Positions 1-14,039 are shown, counted from the first letter of the stretch. The stretch is 44,425 bases of DNA from Octopus sinensis (GCF_006345805.1 NW_021834913.1:1-44425), one strand, 5' to 3'. Translations and numbers: made by a program. Notes: generated by a model not told the origin, from the sequence alone.

Positions 1-135
1 TTTGCCCGAGGAGTCGGGAGACACTCGGCAAGAAATGGAAGCAATTTGAAAGAAGAAAAAAAGTAATAATAATAATAATAGAATAATACTAATAATAATA
101 ATAATCATAATAAAATTATAATAATGATAATAATC
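1..135 (+). mobile_element. Possible LINE 3' end with (TAA)n tail
   Basis: CCGAG...CTCGG stem-loop followed by an A-rich stretch and (AAT)n. A similar TTGCCCGAGG...TGGAAGCAATT string occurs near 39785. No coding evidence. Confidence 0.3.
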
Positions 136-142
136 AAGATAA

Positions 143-365
143 TAATATAAATAAAATATATGTGCATATATACCTACATATATGTACATACCTAAATATA
201 TATGTATATATATATACATGCATATATGTGTACAGGGCCTTATAATAACGTTGAACACAATGAGAAAGGAAAACATATAAAACGAACTTTTTTTTCGAAC
301 AGAGAAACAAGACTTGCAATATAAAGAATATTCACCTTGATCAGTTGTACCTGTTACCTCTACTC
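143..365. repeat. Dispersed non-coding repeat, copy 1 (probable PLE-type terminal repeat)
   Basis: Colinear similarity to 41649-41906 (AACGTTGAACACAATGAGAAA...AACGAACTTTTTTT...ATCAGTTGT). Confidence 0.6.
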
Positions 366-378
366 GGAAGAGCGCTCT

Positions 379-415
<37 letters not shown>

Positions 416-1424
416 TTCTTTCTCTCCTGTGACTAATTTCACATTTGTATCTGGGAGAAAAATAAATTAGCGTCGAACAAAAAGGTGTCATCATTTGACA
501 CAGAAAAGGGCTTCAACAGCTTTATTTGGAAACTGTACGATACAAGAAGTCAAATTATTCAAGTTGTTACTGGTTGAATTCTGTAAACATTTCAGTTCAT
601 AAATTACTCTTACCGACATACAAGAAAAGCACAACATTCGTTGTCAGCCGCCAATTGATCAGAATTAATGAGATATCCCTGGTCTGATGAGAATATTGTG
701 TGACATAATTTAATTAATGTTCTTACATTTGGCGAATGCTTCTAATACATTTTTCTTATTCAGTTTTTTCATATTTGTTCTAATAATTTCGAAAATGCAT
801 TTAAGACCGACATATTCAAATATAAACCATTCTGTTAACTACTTTCATTTGTCATTTACATGTTCGTTATTTTCTCTGTATGATAACACAACGATTTCTT
901 CAAATCAATTCAGCTTGGCACCAGACACGCAATTCAGAAAATAAAACCATTTTCCACATCTTGAACTAGAATTGGATCACCAAACAGTGAAACAACAGCG
1001 TAGACTAAATTTAAGAAATATTATTCGAATGAAGACTTATCATATATAGTAAAGGACACACTGGGCCAACAATTTGTCAGTTAGATTCCAAAAATTTTAG
1101 AATGGTTTTCATCATTCACCAATATCAACAGATTTTAGAGAGAGAGAAATTTTGTTACTCATTACAGTTGTATTAAGGCATATTTACGTATCATATAAAA
1201 TGTAAAATATAACTGGCTCCCAGATGAGTTTTATCTTCCATTTCAAAACATCTAATTCTTACATTAATTTCAATTTCGCCATCTTGATATTCGCCATCTT
1301 GATAATTACGAGTGAAAGAGTGAAATGCAAAACACATTTATTTTCTGTAAAAAAACTTAATTCAGCGTTGGATTGTTTTTATCACGCTCACAATTACATA
1401 ATCAGGTGCATACGCACGAAGGTA

Positions 1425-1505
1425 CATACATACATGCATACATACATAGAAACATGCCGTCATACATACATACATGTATATATATAGATATATACATACA
1501 TATAC

Positions 1506-1549
<44 letters not shown>

Positions 1550-1593
1550 TATGCATACTTATATATACACTCCACACACAAACACAACACACT

Positions 1594-1647
<54 letters not shown>

Positions 1648-1790
1648 CATAAATACTTACATATACTTACATGTCGATATGTATTTTCTATATATCTGTA
1701 TATCTACCTAACACACGCACACACACACTCACACAAACACACATACACACATACACACATATATATACACATATATTTGTGTATCTGTAT
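1425..1790. repeat. (AT)n/(CA)n compound microsatellite
   Basis: Direct reading. Explains the YI/TH-rich ORFs. Confidence 0.95.
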
Positions 1791-2335
1791 GAATGTATAC
1801 CTAAATACGTTCTACATATTTGCGTGAGGAAATGTGCATATATTTGCACATACTTGTATGTATTTATGTGAATGTATATTACTATTAAAATTCAATTATA
1901 CACAAACATTTAGGCAAATGATGATTACAGCTGTGATGGTTAATAGCCAAGATATTCCTCGTCTTCTCCTTTCATAAACCTCTCTCAAGTGATGCTAGCC
2001 ATATGTAAACCTAATGGTTATAGAATAATTGATATTTAGTTAATTAATAAATCGTAATAAATTGCCTCTGGTTAGCATGCAGAATTACAATTAGTAATTC
2101 TACTTGAAGATAAATGTGATAGAATCGCATAAATATCTCTACTCCTCGCATGGCCTCTAAATTGATTGGTTTATATTAGCATACTCTGTATATATATATA
2201 TATACATATATTATATATATATATATATTCTATATATATATATATATATCTATAGATATATATGTATATATTATGTATATAATATATGATATGTATATGT
2301 TATACATATATATGTATAATTCATACATATGTATA

Positions 2336-2377
<42 letters not shown>

Positions 2378-2916
2378 TATATAGATATTACATATATGTG
2401 TATACATACATGCGCATATATATTCACTTCACACACTTGTGTGTATGTCTATGTGAGTGAGTGTATGTCGATATGCTTCCACTTATTAGATAAGTTTATG
2501 TATTTTAACATGCTTAATCATGCCAGGTGATTCGATTTGAGGATTTGGAAGTTATGGCTTCTTTTCATCCTCCTCTTTCTGTCCGTTCTTCTTCATCTAC
2601 TCATATGTTCTGTCATAGCCTTTCATTCAAACCTATTTAACATAAGTTATTCCACTTATATTATTTTTCTCTCCCTATTTGGTCAAGTCTCCAATTCCTT
2701 CTAGCTATATATTTCTTTGATGTCAGGAATAATAACGTCATTGGAAACAATAACCAGCCTCCTATTGACAGTATAAAGTGAAATAAAATAATATCTATAT
2801 ATTATAGACAGGAAGAAGGTTGCTTAACAACGGGGAGTGATGTATAACGTAATTATGTATGTATAATGAAATATAACCAAAATCTAAGTTTTGCAATAAA
2901 CAAAATCTTCACATAT

Positions 2917-3324
2917 GGAGTGGCTGTGTGGTAAGTAGCTTGCTAACCAACCACATGGTTCCGGGTTCGGTCCCGCTGCGTGGCATCTTGGACAAGTGTC
3001 TTCTGCTATAGCCCCGGGCCGACCAATCCCTTGTGAGTGGATTTGGTAGACGGAAACTGAAAGAAGTCTGTCGTATATATATGTAAATATATATATGTGT
3101 GTGTTTGTGTGTCTGTGTGTTTGTCCCCCTAGCATTGCTTGACAACCGATGCGGGTGTGTTTACGTCCCCGTCACTTAGCGGTTCGGCAAAAGAGACCGA
3201 TAGAGTAAGTACTGGGCTTACAAAGAATAAGTCCCGGGGTCGAGTTGCTCGACTAAAGGCGGTGCTCCAGCATGGCCGCAGTCAAATGACTGAAACAAGT
3301 AAAAGAGTAAAAGAGAGTAAGAGT
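2917..3324 (+). mobile_element. tRNA-derived SINE family 1 (GGAGTGGCTGTGTGG head), full length
   Basis: A box TGGCTGTGTGG, B-box-like GGTTCGGTCCC, internal (TA)n(TG)n, (AAAAGAGT)n tail. Near-identical copies at 10558, 19900 and 21086. Confidence 0.9.
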
Positions 3325-3661
3325 ATACATGCATTAAATGCACGTACATATATATGCATTTAGGATTACATGTCTGTATGTATGTATTCATGCATGAATG
3401 TATATGCTTCTATTTATCTGTCTGTCTGTCTATCTATCTCTCTACATCTCTCTCTCTCTATCGCATCTATCTCTTTATCTATGTATATATTCATCTGGCG
3501 GGTAACTTAATGGACAAAAAATACTACCTGTTATCTGTAAGTATACGTAAACATGCTTCTACTTACGAACAAATTAAGCTACTTAGGTCTGACATTGAAT
3601 GTTTGAAAAACCTTAAGGTTGACAAGACTACCAAACCTACAAAAACCCAAAATTAAAGAAA

Positions 3662-3877
3662 AATAGTTGTATACTGTCAATTTAACGTGACAGGAGATTA
3701 CACCACCGCTGTTTAGCCCAGGAAGCCTGGCTGCTGTGGATATCTGTCTCTCCTTCGTAAATATATAAGGACACAGTAAATGTGTCGAAGCCGACAGGAA
3801 GCGTTCGATGCTTCCTAGGGCTAAACAGCGGTGGGTAATCCCCTACTGTCACGTTAAATTGACAGTATACAACTATT
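3662..3877. mobile_element. MITE-like foldback element, about 65-bp inverted arms
   Basis: AATAGTTGTATACTGTCAATTTAACGTGACAG...AGGAAGC (3662-3726) is inverted at 3810-3877. No TSD seen. Confidence 0.7.
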
Positions 3878-3949
3878 ATATCGCCCCATCACCGTATATA
3901 TCTCTATGAGATATTTAGAAATTCAATATTTCTAAAGAAAAAATATAAT

Positions 3950-4100
3950 ATGAAAACTATACTTGATATTGATGCCACCGTAGAAACCATCAAGCAAATA
4001 GTATCTGCTAAAGCTGCCCGCATAGCGAGGTATGAAAAGCGTGTTAGATTCCTCAAGGACAATATGTTAAAAAAAAAACCTAAAATTTTTTACAATTTTA
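3950..4100 (+). pseudogene. R4/Dong-clade non-LTR retrotransposon fragment (region N-terminal to RT)
   Basis: ETIKQIVSAKAARIARYEKRVRFLKDNML...KIFY resembles the KQ..A.A.R..RY......N..F....FY block of R4/Dong ORFs (from memory). Confidence 0.65.
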
Positions 4101-4291
4101 GATATTTTACCATCTGTACTCCTAATGGACAGTGTAGTATCCTGTATCTTCTATTTAACTGATGATACTAAAATCGCTTCTGTCAAACCAATACCTATGT
4201 ACCTGGACATTTACCACTAACTAAATGAGATTTGTTTTCTGATGTAGTCAAGTGAATTTATAGCCATGGAGATTTAGATAATTCAACTTCA

Positions 4292-4498
4292 TTACATTTG
4301 GCGGATATTTGTCCTCATCTTGTTTGTTGTTAATACAATGTTACGGCTGATATTGCCTTCACCCTTCATCAGGTGTCTTGGGGAAATTTCGAGCCTGGGA
4401 AATTTCCCCAAGACACCTGATGAAGGCTGGAAGTTATATCAGCCGAAACGTTTTGCTAACAACAAACAAGATGAAGACAGATATCCGCTAATTGTAAA
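4292..4498. mobile_element. Palindromic pair of PLE-type terminal repeats
   Basis: Arms 4292-4390 and 4399-4498 are reverse complements around the 8-nt spacer GAGCCTGG. Each arm carries a hammerhead-like core. Confidence 0.75.
4412..4457 (+). ncRNA. Minimal type I hammerhead ribozyme motif, stem I decayed
   Basis: GACAC-CTGATGA-A-GGCTG(10 nt)CAGCC-GAAAC-GTT-TTGCT. The mirror arm (4332-4377, minus) has GTATT at the stem I position. Confidence 0.6.
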
Positions 4499-4876
4499 TA
4501 ATGTAAATAATGTACATAATTCCTCAACTCTTAAATATATAACTGTATAGAGTTTTAAGTTTTGGGAGAATATCTAACAATATCAATTTATGACCAGCAA
4601 CTAGAATTTAACTGTCAACTTCTAGTGTCTTAATACTGCAGTAGATCTTTTGATAGTGATAAGAAGAGAGATAAAAAATTGTAGGTAAATTACGAATCTC
4701 AAAACCGCCCACTATGTCTCGAAATTTGCCAGTCCAAAATTGTAGTTGTCTCACTTTAAGCTTACTCTGCTACTTTAGAAGCAGCGTGTAATTCTTTCCT
4801 TTTCTAGCTCTGATGAAATATTTGCTAAAAATTATAAGTTAATATCCTGACTGGTGAATATATATTTTTCTATTTT

Positions 4877-4961
4877 GCAGCTGAAGACGGTGGTGTATTT
4901 CAAATTGCTGTAATGCTTCTATCGTCCAATTGAATGGGGCTGCCTGAAACGGCCGTGTTGC
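4877..4961 (+). ncRNA. Degenerate hammerhead ribozyme motif
   Basis: GCAG-CTGAAGA...GAAAC-GGCC-GTG-TTGC. Stem III is palindromic (ACGGCCGT), but N17 is G and stem II is weak. Confidence 0.4.
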
Positions 4962-5039
4962 GTTAACACCTCGACATCCTTGTTACTTATTTGCTATAGA
5001 GATATATAAATAAATAAACACACTCACACACGCACACAT

Positions 5040-5062
5040 ATACATACATACATATACATATA

Positions 5063-5094
<32 letters not shown>

Positions 5095-5204
5095 CATATA
5101 TATATATATCCTATATATATAATACATATATATATATATACATATATATATATACATGTATATATTATATATATATATATATACCTATATATACATATAT
5201 ATGT

Positions 5205-5237
<33 letters not shown>

Positions 5238-5243
5238 CTATAT

Positions 5244-5284
<41 letters not shown>

Positions 5285-5339
5285 ATATATATATATATAT
5301 ATACATACTATATAATATCATATCTATATAATATTTATA

Positions 5340-5383
<44 letters not shown>

Positions 5384-5397
5384 TCATATATATATAT

Positions 5398-5450
<53 letters not shown>
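5040..5450. repeat. (AT)n microsatellite
   Basis: Direct reading. Confidence 0.95.
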
Positions 5451-5451
<1 letters not shown>

Positions 5452-6177
5452 GAGTGTGTAACTGTATATGTGTGTCCTTGTGTGAGATGCTGCGCATGTG
5501 TGTGCTTTCAGCGGTGTTTTCTATCTGTGTGAGTGATTGTGGGAGAAACTTGTCCTTCATACACACACACACACACTAATATATACATGCGCATCTTAGT
5601 ATCTATACATCTAAACATGTATGAACACATGTAAGCGTCTACATCATTATTTGCTCCTAATGACCTGACCGAAATACAGAGTCAAAGACATCGACTCGAG
5701 AATTACTCGTGGAAACATGGCGGCAAGTTTTATATATTAATGGTGAAATCACAATTTGGTAGACTTGAGAAACTGTCAAGACATTTGACAACGTAGTTTC
5801 AGAATTGAAATTAAGTATATTTAGTAGAATCCGTCACAGTTGGATACTAGCGTCTTTGATATGTGAAAAGGTTAACTTATTCACGGTAATAATGCAGAGA
5901 CAAGTCTGTATATTTGGCCTGTAGCAAGAATGTCCCTCGTAAATTCCTTATATTTGCATGTTATATGTATGCTTGCAGATAAAAGCTTTCAACAGCCAAC
6001 GTCTATGAAGTTCATTGTGCTACAATATTTCTCATATTCTTTATTATTTAATAGATCTATAGACACATATAAACACGGTTAAATGCATAGAAATATATAC
6101 AAAAGCAGTAATAGAGCCACACACACACATACACACGCACACACACTTATATTTATTTTATATATATATATATATAA

Positions 6178-6210
<33 letters not shown>

Positions 6211-6285
6211 GCAATAATAATATACAGGTATATATGCAGATGTATGTACGCGTTTGTACAAATAATTATGCATATAAATATTTGA

Positions 6286-6319
<34 letters not shown>

Positions 6320-6364
6320 CGTTAAGTATATATATTAATTTATATATATGTAATATCTGTATGC

Positions 6365-6367
<3 letters not shown>

Positions 6368-6408
<41 letters not shown>

Positions 6409-6579
6409 GTATCTATCAATCTCTCTCTCACTCTCTCTCTCTCTCTATATATATATATATTTATATATTACTCTCTTTGTCTTTCTTTATACATATACAG
6501 ACGGGCATACAGGTAGATAGATAGATAGACAGACAGATAGATAGACAGATAGATATAGATAGATAGATAGATGGATAAA

Positions 6580-6622
<43 letters not shown>

Positions 6623-6707
6623 GACAGATATATATATATAGATAGTAGAGAGATAGAGAGATAGATAGATAGATAGATAAAAAGATATAGATATATATAT
6701 AATATAT

Positions 6708-6787
<80 letters not shown>

Positions 6788-6839
6788 GGAGATAGATAGA
6801 TAGATAGAAAGATATATATATATATATATATATCTATAT

Positions 6840-6900
<61 letters not shown>

Positions 6901-6905
6901 AAGAT
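6368..6905. repeat. (TCTA)n/(GATA)n tetranucleotide microsatellite block
   Basis: Direct reading. Confidence 0.95.
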
Positions 6906-7119
6906 GTAAGGGTGTTGAACTATTTCATAAAATGACTTATGAATATTGAGTAAGTTTCAAACCAGTTTGAAGAGAGCAAGGAATCTCTTAAAATTCAACC
7001 GAATTCAGCACAAAGTGAAACCATGCTCACGGGTGAATACATCTAATTTGTCTCCGTGATGGTCGATGCATACATATATATATATATAGCCATAGGTATG
7101 CGTATAGATTATATATATA

Positions 7120-7876
<757 letters not shown>

Positions 7877-7880
7877 AATA

Positions 7881-8273
7881 TTAGGGAATAAATCCAAACT
7901 TACAGGGAAAAATCAGATTTAGGATTGAATCCAATTTTATAGTAAAATATTAAATTATATTAAATTAGAGACAAAACCACTATTAGGCAAATCAAACAAT
8001 GAAAGACTTAAGCCAATACATATGATTAATTTATATTATTTAAATATGTAACAATTATTAAAAAATATAATTAATAACCACTACGATCGTTTCCTGCCTG
8101 CTGTCTTAAAATTTTTGAGTCGCAGTCATTCATCAGGTGGTTTCAAAATATTTCTTGGCGAGTTTATTTTTTAATAATTGTTACATATTAAATAATATAA
8201 ATAATCATATGTATTGGCTTAAGTCTTTCATTGTTTGATTTGCCTAATAGTGGTTTTGTCTCTAATTTAATAT
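7881..8273. mobile_element. Foldback element with about 110-bp inverted arms enclosing a hammerhead motif
   Basis: Arms 7957-8067 and 8165-8273 are near-perfect reverse complements. Both ends abut (AT)n. Confidence 0.8.
8076..8142 (-). ncRNA. Type I hammerhead ribozyme motif
   Basis: Minus strand: AACCAC-CTGATGA-A-TGACTGC...GCAGGCA-G-GAAAC-GATC-GTA-GTGGTT. Perfect 6-bp stem I, palindromic stem III, GUA site. The stem II closing pair is imperfect. Confidence 0.75.
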
Positions 8274-8296
8274 TATATATATATATATATATTATA

Positions 8297-8337
<41 letters not shown>

Positions 8338-8946
8338 ACATATATATATGTTTGTGTGTATGTGTGTGTGTAATGATTGTGATAATGGACTCTCCCGTCT
8401 ACTTTCGAGAACGAAATCTACACTTTCTTACTCATAATATTTATATCGAATTTGACATTCGGGTGCAGCTAACGATTTGCAAAGAAGCAGATATTAAAAG
8501 TATGAGGATTACAGATCACTGCAGGCGGTATATTTGCAGCCTCTCTTTCTCCTTGCATTGCACCCTTAAACCTGTTTTTGCAGGTTGAATCAATGTGCCT
8601 TATACTATTTTGAAAGGATGATCTCCAAATCGGTTTGCTCAAAAGTGTTGTGAGCTGTATGTGCGAATTGTTTTATTTATAAAGTATATTCTTCATCCCT
8701 TCTGCTCCTATCCAGTCTTGTAGTCGGCTGTTCTCATATGAACTAAAACCACTATCGCTTGTCGTAAGTGTGGACTACTAGAACATCATTTTCTGAAACC
8801 CGTCAGTGAAGTTATGTATGTGGAATTTCAGATATCATTTTGTATTTTGTATGGCGATTTTATCTATATTTTGCGTGTCATCTTACTGTATCTCACTATA
8901 TGTGTGGGACAGTCAGTGTATACGCTAATGTGTATATTAGAATATA

Positions 8947-10179
8947 CAGGTGTTCGACAAAATAATGGAAGCACCATAATATTTCAAAAAAATTATTTGA
9001 ATATGGGGTAAAACCGCCTTTGGCAGTAATTATAGCTTAAATTCCACGAGGTATGGTCTCGTACAAAGTTTGAATTTTTCCAAAGGTATTTATGTCTATT
9101 CTTCAGTTAAACAGTCTCCAGTACTTGATGATGGAGGAGGATATCAAGTCTTTATTTGTTTTTCTAAAATGCACCATAAATGTTCAAACATTTTGAGATC
9201 TGGGGACAGTGGTGGCCAGCTAAGGTTTTCAACTTCACTAGAATGTTCCTCGTGCTATTCAGTAACAAATTTAGCTGTGTGAATTGGTGCATTATCATCC
9301 TGAAAGATTGCATTTTCTCCCCGGAAACAGTTCCGCAAACATAAGATCAATTTCATCAGATAAAATGCTTAAATAACCTTGACTCTTAATTCTGCCATTG
9401 GGCCGGTGGATTTCCAAGATATAGCCCCGCATATCATCACAGATCCTCCTCCATGTTTAGCAGTTGGTAGAAGGCAGTCTGGCTCACATGCTTCTTTTGG
9501 CTGTCTCCACGCATATACTCGGCCGGTGGTCGGAAATACGGTAAAGGATGACTCGTCCACGAAAATAACATTCTTCCACTGCTCTAGGGATCAATTCCGT
9601 TGGTTTTTACTTCATTCTAGACTCTTTGCAACGTTTGTCTTTGAAAGTAGTGGTTCTCTGATTGCAGCCCTCCCGTGAAATACGGCTTTGTGCGGCTTCT
9701 AGCGAATAGATTTTTCGGAAACTGGATTCTTGAGGTGGTCATTGATCTCTGCACTAATTCTGTGAACTGTACTTTTGTGATCGTCTTTAACAATATGCGT
9801 AACAGTCCGACGGTCCCTCTCTGAAAGGTTTGGTTTTCTTCCGGAGTTTTTTCGGTATTTCCCTCTTTCTCAAAGGCTGTCATTACTTTCAAGGCAATAC
9901 TTCCTGATACCCCAAACATTTCAGCTGTTTCCGTTACGCTAGCGCCTGCTATACGAGCTGCAACAATTTGACCTTTTTGAAAGTACGATAGATCTATCAT
10001 TCTAATGAATTTTAATTACCTTTTTATGATGATATCTGAAAAGAAGGAGCAATATTAGCAACTCTTATTAGCTGATAATGAGTAAAAAAACGAAAAAATA
10101 AACAAGCTTTTGACGATTTTATAGATATTTCAAAATCATGATTTTTTCCATTATTTTCCTTTATTTTGTCCAGCCCCTG
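8947..10179 (-). mobile_element. Tc1-family DNA transposon, full length, decayed
   Basis: TIRs CAGGTGTTCGACAAAATAA and CAGGGGCTGGACAAAATAA, flanked by TA (8945-46, 10180-81). Length 1233 bp. Confidence 0.9.
9020..10000 (-). pseudogene. Tc1 DD34E transposase, frameshifted
   Basis: MIDLSYFQKGQIVAARIAGASVTETAEMFGVS (HTH), DESSF, KHGGGSVMI.GAISW, FQDDNAPIH and WPPLSPDLKMFEHLW in broken frames. Confidence 0.9.
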
Positions 10180-10557
10180 TACATACAATGTAGAATTCTC
10201 TGACTTCTATGTATTTGTTATTGTGCCCCCACCAACTTATGGAAGAACCCATTGAATGCAATTAAAATGAAGGTGTCCTGTATATATGTCATAACATCTA
10301 TTTTCACATGTCTTCAAAACAACTGCCAATAAGGTTCTCATTCAAATTGGGAAGCAACTACATGACAGAAAAATCGAGGTCTGGACCGTTGGAAACGTGA
10401 ACAACAGATTTGCTACCCGTTCCTGAAAAGTTATTGGTTAACAGGATAGAATTCGGACAAGCTATGAGAAGTAATGTTTATAAAGGTATGTTCCTTGGTC
10501 TATTGGATCCATGTATTTCAATGTGGAATAAAAATCTTGATATTCCAGCTTATTAGA

Positions 10558-10956
10558 TACTCTTTTACTTGTTTCAGTCATTTGACTGCGGCCATGCTGG
10601 AGCACCGCCTTTAGTCGATCAAATCGACCCCCAGGACTTATTCTTTGGAAGCCCAGTACTTATTCTATCGGTCTCTTTTTGCTGAACCGCTAAGTGACGG
10701 GGACGTAAACACACCAGCATCGGTTGTCAAGCAATGCTAGGGGGACAAACACAGACACACAAACACACACACACACATATATACATACATACATATATAC
10801 GACAGGCTTCTTTCAGTTTCCGTCTACCAAATCCACTCACAAGGCATTGGTCGGCCCGGGGCTATAGCAGAAGGCACTCGCCCAAGATGCCACGCAGTGG
10901 GACTGAACCCCGATACATGTGGTTGGTTAGCAAGCTACTTACCACACAGACACTCC
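10558..10956 (-). mobile_element. SINE family 1, full length
   Basis: Reverse complement of 2917-3324. Confidence 0.9.
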
Positions 10957-11465
10957 TGTTCACGAATGATACACTAAATTTACATCAATCTAGGACAGGT
11001 ATAACTGCCTCCCTGCCGCCTCCCAAAAAGTCTCAAAATTTCTGGAATGATCATCGTATATTACTTTTGAGTCCCTGATTTTAATTCCGTTTATTTAGTT
11101 GAGTGATCTAATTATATGTGTCGTTGAAAGGCGGATTTTCAACGAATAATATACTTCGCTCCAACTGGCAACGCGTGGGGGCGAATGAAGTTTTTCAAAC
11201 GCCACTGCGTGGTTGAGCCCATGCTTCTCAAAAGGTATTGGACAGATAGGAAATAAAAGATGAAAAAGGGGAATCTGAACGCAGAGTGAAGGGTAGGAGC
11301 ATAACCTAAATAAATAGCATTTGATCAATCTATTCTGGAGATGTCAAGGTAAATCTAGTTGGAATCTAAATTCAGATCATCACAGAAAACTTACAAAGCC
11401 AGATTGAATAACCGACGATGCTCAATAACAATCACAACTACCTCTTCCAGTTCACCGCTCGGTGT

Positions 11466-11469
11466 GTAT

Positions 11470-11540
<71 letters not shown>

Positions 11541-11679
11541 TACATATATATATACATATATATATGTGTGTGGCTGGGTGGGGGTGTGGGGGTGTATATT
11601 AATATATATATATAGATAGATAGATATATATATATATATAATATATATATATACTATATATATATATATACTATATATA

Positions 11680-11744
<65 letters not shown>

Positions 11745-11931
11745 ATACTTATTTATATTTATATATGGAGACTTACGCACACGTGCAATGCATACATACT
11801 CACGCTCATATATATTATATATATGCAAATTTATACATACAGATATACAAGTGCGTATATTAGATTGCATCTTATATATTTTCCTCATCGTCATATACAC
11901 ACACACATATATAAATATATGTGTATATACA

Positions 11932-11990
<59 letters not shown>

Positions 11991-12005
11991 TACATATATA
12001 TAAAT
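11466..12005. repeat. (AT)n-rich compound microsatellite
   Basis: Direct reading. Confidence 0.9.
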
Positions 12006-12689
12006 ACAAACATCAATAAACATACAAATATGCATATATACAGAGAGATAGATTGGTTGAAAGATTGATAAATATAGATAGAAACATATTTGCAAGGATA
12101 TTTATTCATCTTATATCGCATACACACATAGAAACACAGTCGCGCACACACAAAAGTACACGAATGCACACACCTATACACACACAGAGTCACATACACA
12201 CACAAACATATAAAATATGTCATTTTTTTTCTCCCTCTTGAAATTTCTTCTGGAACTGAACAAAATAAATATTTAATCCCTATAGCAATGAAAATTACAT
12301 TCTTCTGTTTACATTGCATTGGGTATTTGTGTGTAATATTATTCCTTGTTTTGCTATTTTACCATAATTCTTTAAACATATTTCGCTGAATCTATTTACA
12401 TATTTATCTTCAAATCTTCAATCAAGAGTTCGGGATGCCAAAAATTTCAAGTTTCTAGTAAAATTGCTTTTTTTTTTTTTTTTTACTTTTTATTGTTAAA
12501 AAAAAAATCAATAAAATCCGAATTACAATATTGCCAACTCGCAGAACACCATCTCCTCCATCACCATCATCGACCTAATATAAACAACCAATTTATAAAA
12601 TAACATTTGGAAGTCTGCTAAGTCATCGAGAGAGACTGATCTGCTTTCTTCGCTATAGCATACTTTTCTTCCTATTTCTCATCTTCCTC

Positions 12690-12779
12690 CTCCACCTCCT
12701 CCTCCTCCTCATCATCATCATCATCGTCATCATCATTGTCATCATCATCATTATCACCATCATCATCATCATCATCATT

Positions 12780-12815
<36 letters not shown>

Positions 12816-12895
12816 GTCATCATCAACGGTATCAACAACAACATAATTATCACGAGCAACATCATCTGTATCGTTGATGCTGTCATCATTACCTT
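12690..12895. repeat. (CCT)n/(CAT)n trinucleotide microsatellite
   Basis: Direct reading. Source of the poly-Met ORF at 12653-12907. Confidence 0.95.
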
Positions 12896-12937
12896 GATTA
12901 TGGTCAAAACGACTCTATAAATTACTGCGTGTTCTAA

Positions 12938-13975
12938 GACGTCGAGCTGGCTGAATGGTTAGCACGCCGGGCAAAATGCTTAGCGTCATTTCTTCTGTTC
13001 TTACGTTCTCGTTCGAATTCCGCCGAGGTCGACATTTCCTTTCATGGTTTCCGGGTCAACAATTTAACTACCAGTAAAACACTGTGGTCGATGTAATCGA
13101 CTAGTCACCTCCCACAAAATATCGGGTCTTGTGCCTGTAGTACGAGAGATTATTACTGCGTGTACTAACGCGGCGAGCGAGCGAGTCGCCAGCACGCCGT
13201 ACCAAATGTACAGTAGCATTTTGTCCGACTTTCATTCCCGTTCAAATTCCACATTGGTCGACTTCCCCGTTCACTTTTTCGGAGTCCTTAAGATTAAGCA
13301 CAACCCAAGTCGATGTAATCATTTACCGTCGCCCCTAAATTTCAAGCCTTCTGCCTAAAGCGGAATACATTATACTTTCCTACTCCAGGCACAAGGACCG
13401 AAATTTTGTGGGAAGTGGGCCAATCGATTAGATTGACCCCAGTACGCAACCGGTGCCTAATTTATAGACCCCGAAGGGATAAAAGACAAAATCGGCCACG
13501 GCTGAATTTGAACTCAGAACGTAGCGTCAGACGAAATACTTAGTTCTTATTTCTTTACTACCCACAAGGGGCTAAACACAGAGAGGACAAGCGGATTAAG
13601 TCGATTATATCGACCCCAGTGCGTCACTGCTACTTATTTAATCGACCTCGAAAAGATGAAAAGCAAAGTCGACCTCGGTGGAATTTGAGCAAACAACGTA
13701 AAAACAGATTAAATGAGGCTAAGCATTTTGCCTGACGCGCTAACGATCCTGCTAGCTTTCCGACTAAATTTTTTCTTAAATTTTTTAACAAGGCCAACTA
13801 CTTGGGGAGAAAGGGTTGGTTGATTGCATCCACCTCGATACTCAACTGGCACATATTTTTCGTCTCTGCGGAATAAACGTCAAAGCGTCGATCTCAACGG
13901 AATTTGAACTCAGAACGTAAAGACGGACGAAATGCTGTTAAACAATTCACTCGGCGTGGTAATGATTCTGCCATA
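12938..13975. mobile_element. Cluster of about 5 SINE family 2 copies (two +, one dimer -, one -)
   Basis: Repeated head, B-box and GGTCGAC...GGGGTCGAT body motifs at about 12938, 13225, 13375-13750 and 13790-13975. Confidence 0.8.
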
Positions 13976-14039
13976 GTATATTACTTCTAAATAATAAGCT
14001 TACCTGCCATGTTTTGTTATTCCACACCGAAGGAGGTGC

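Noticed and set aside
3500-3656. Short ORF MDKKYYLL...KTQN as a gene or PLE N-terminus
   Set aside because: No recognisable motif and no splice support.
8400-8810. Possible decayed transposase upstream of the Tc1 element
   Set aside because: Frames are too broken to assign any family.
11110-11230. Possible mariner C-terminal remnant on the minus strand
   Set aside because: Very weak similarity, and the orientation is inconsistent with the nearby TIR-like sequence.
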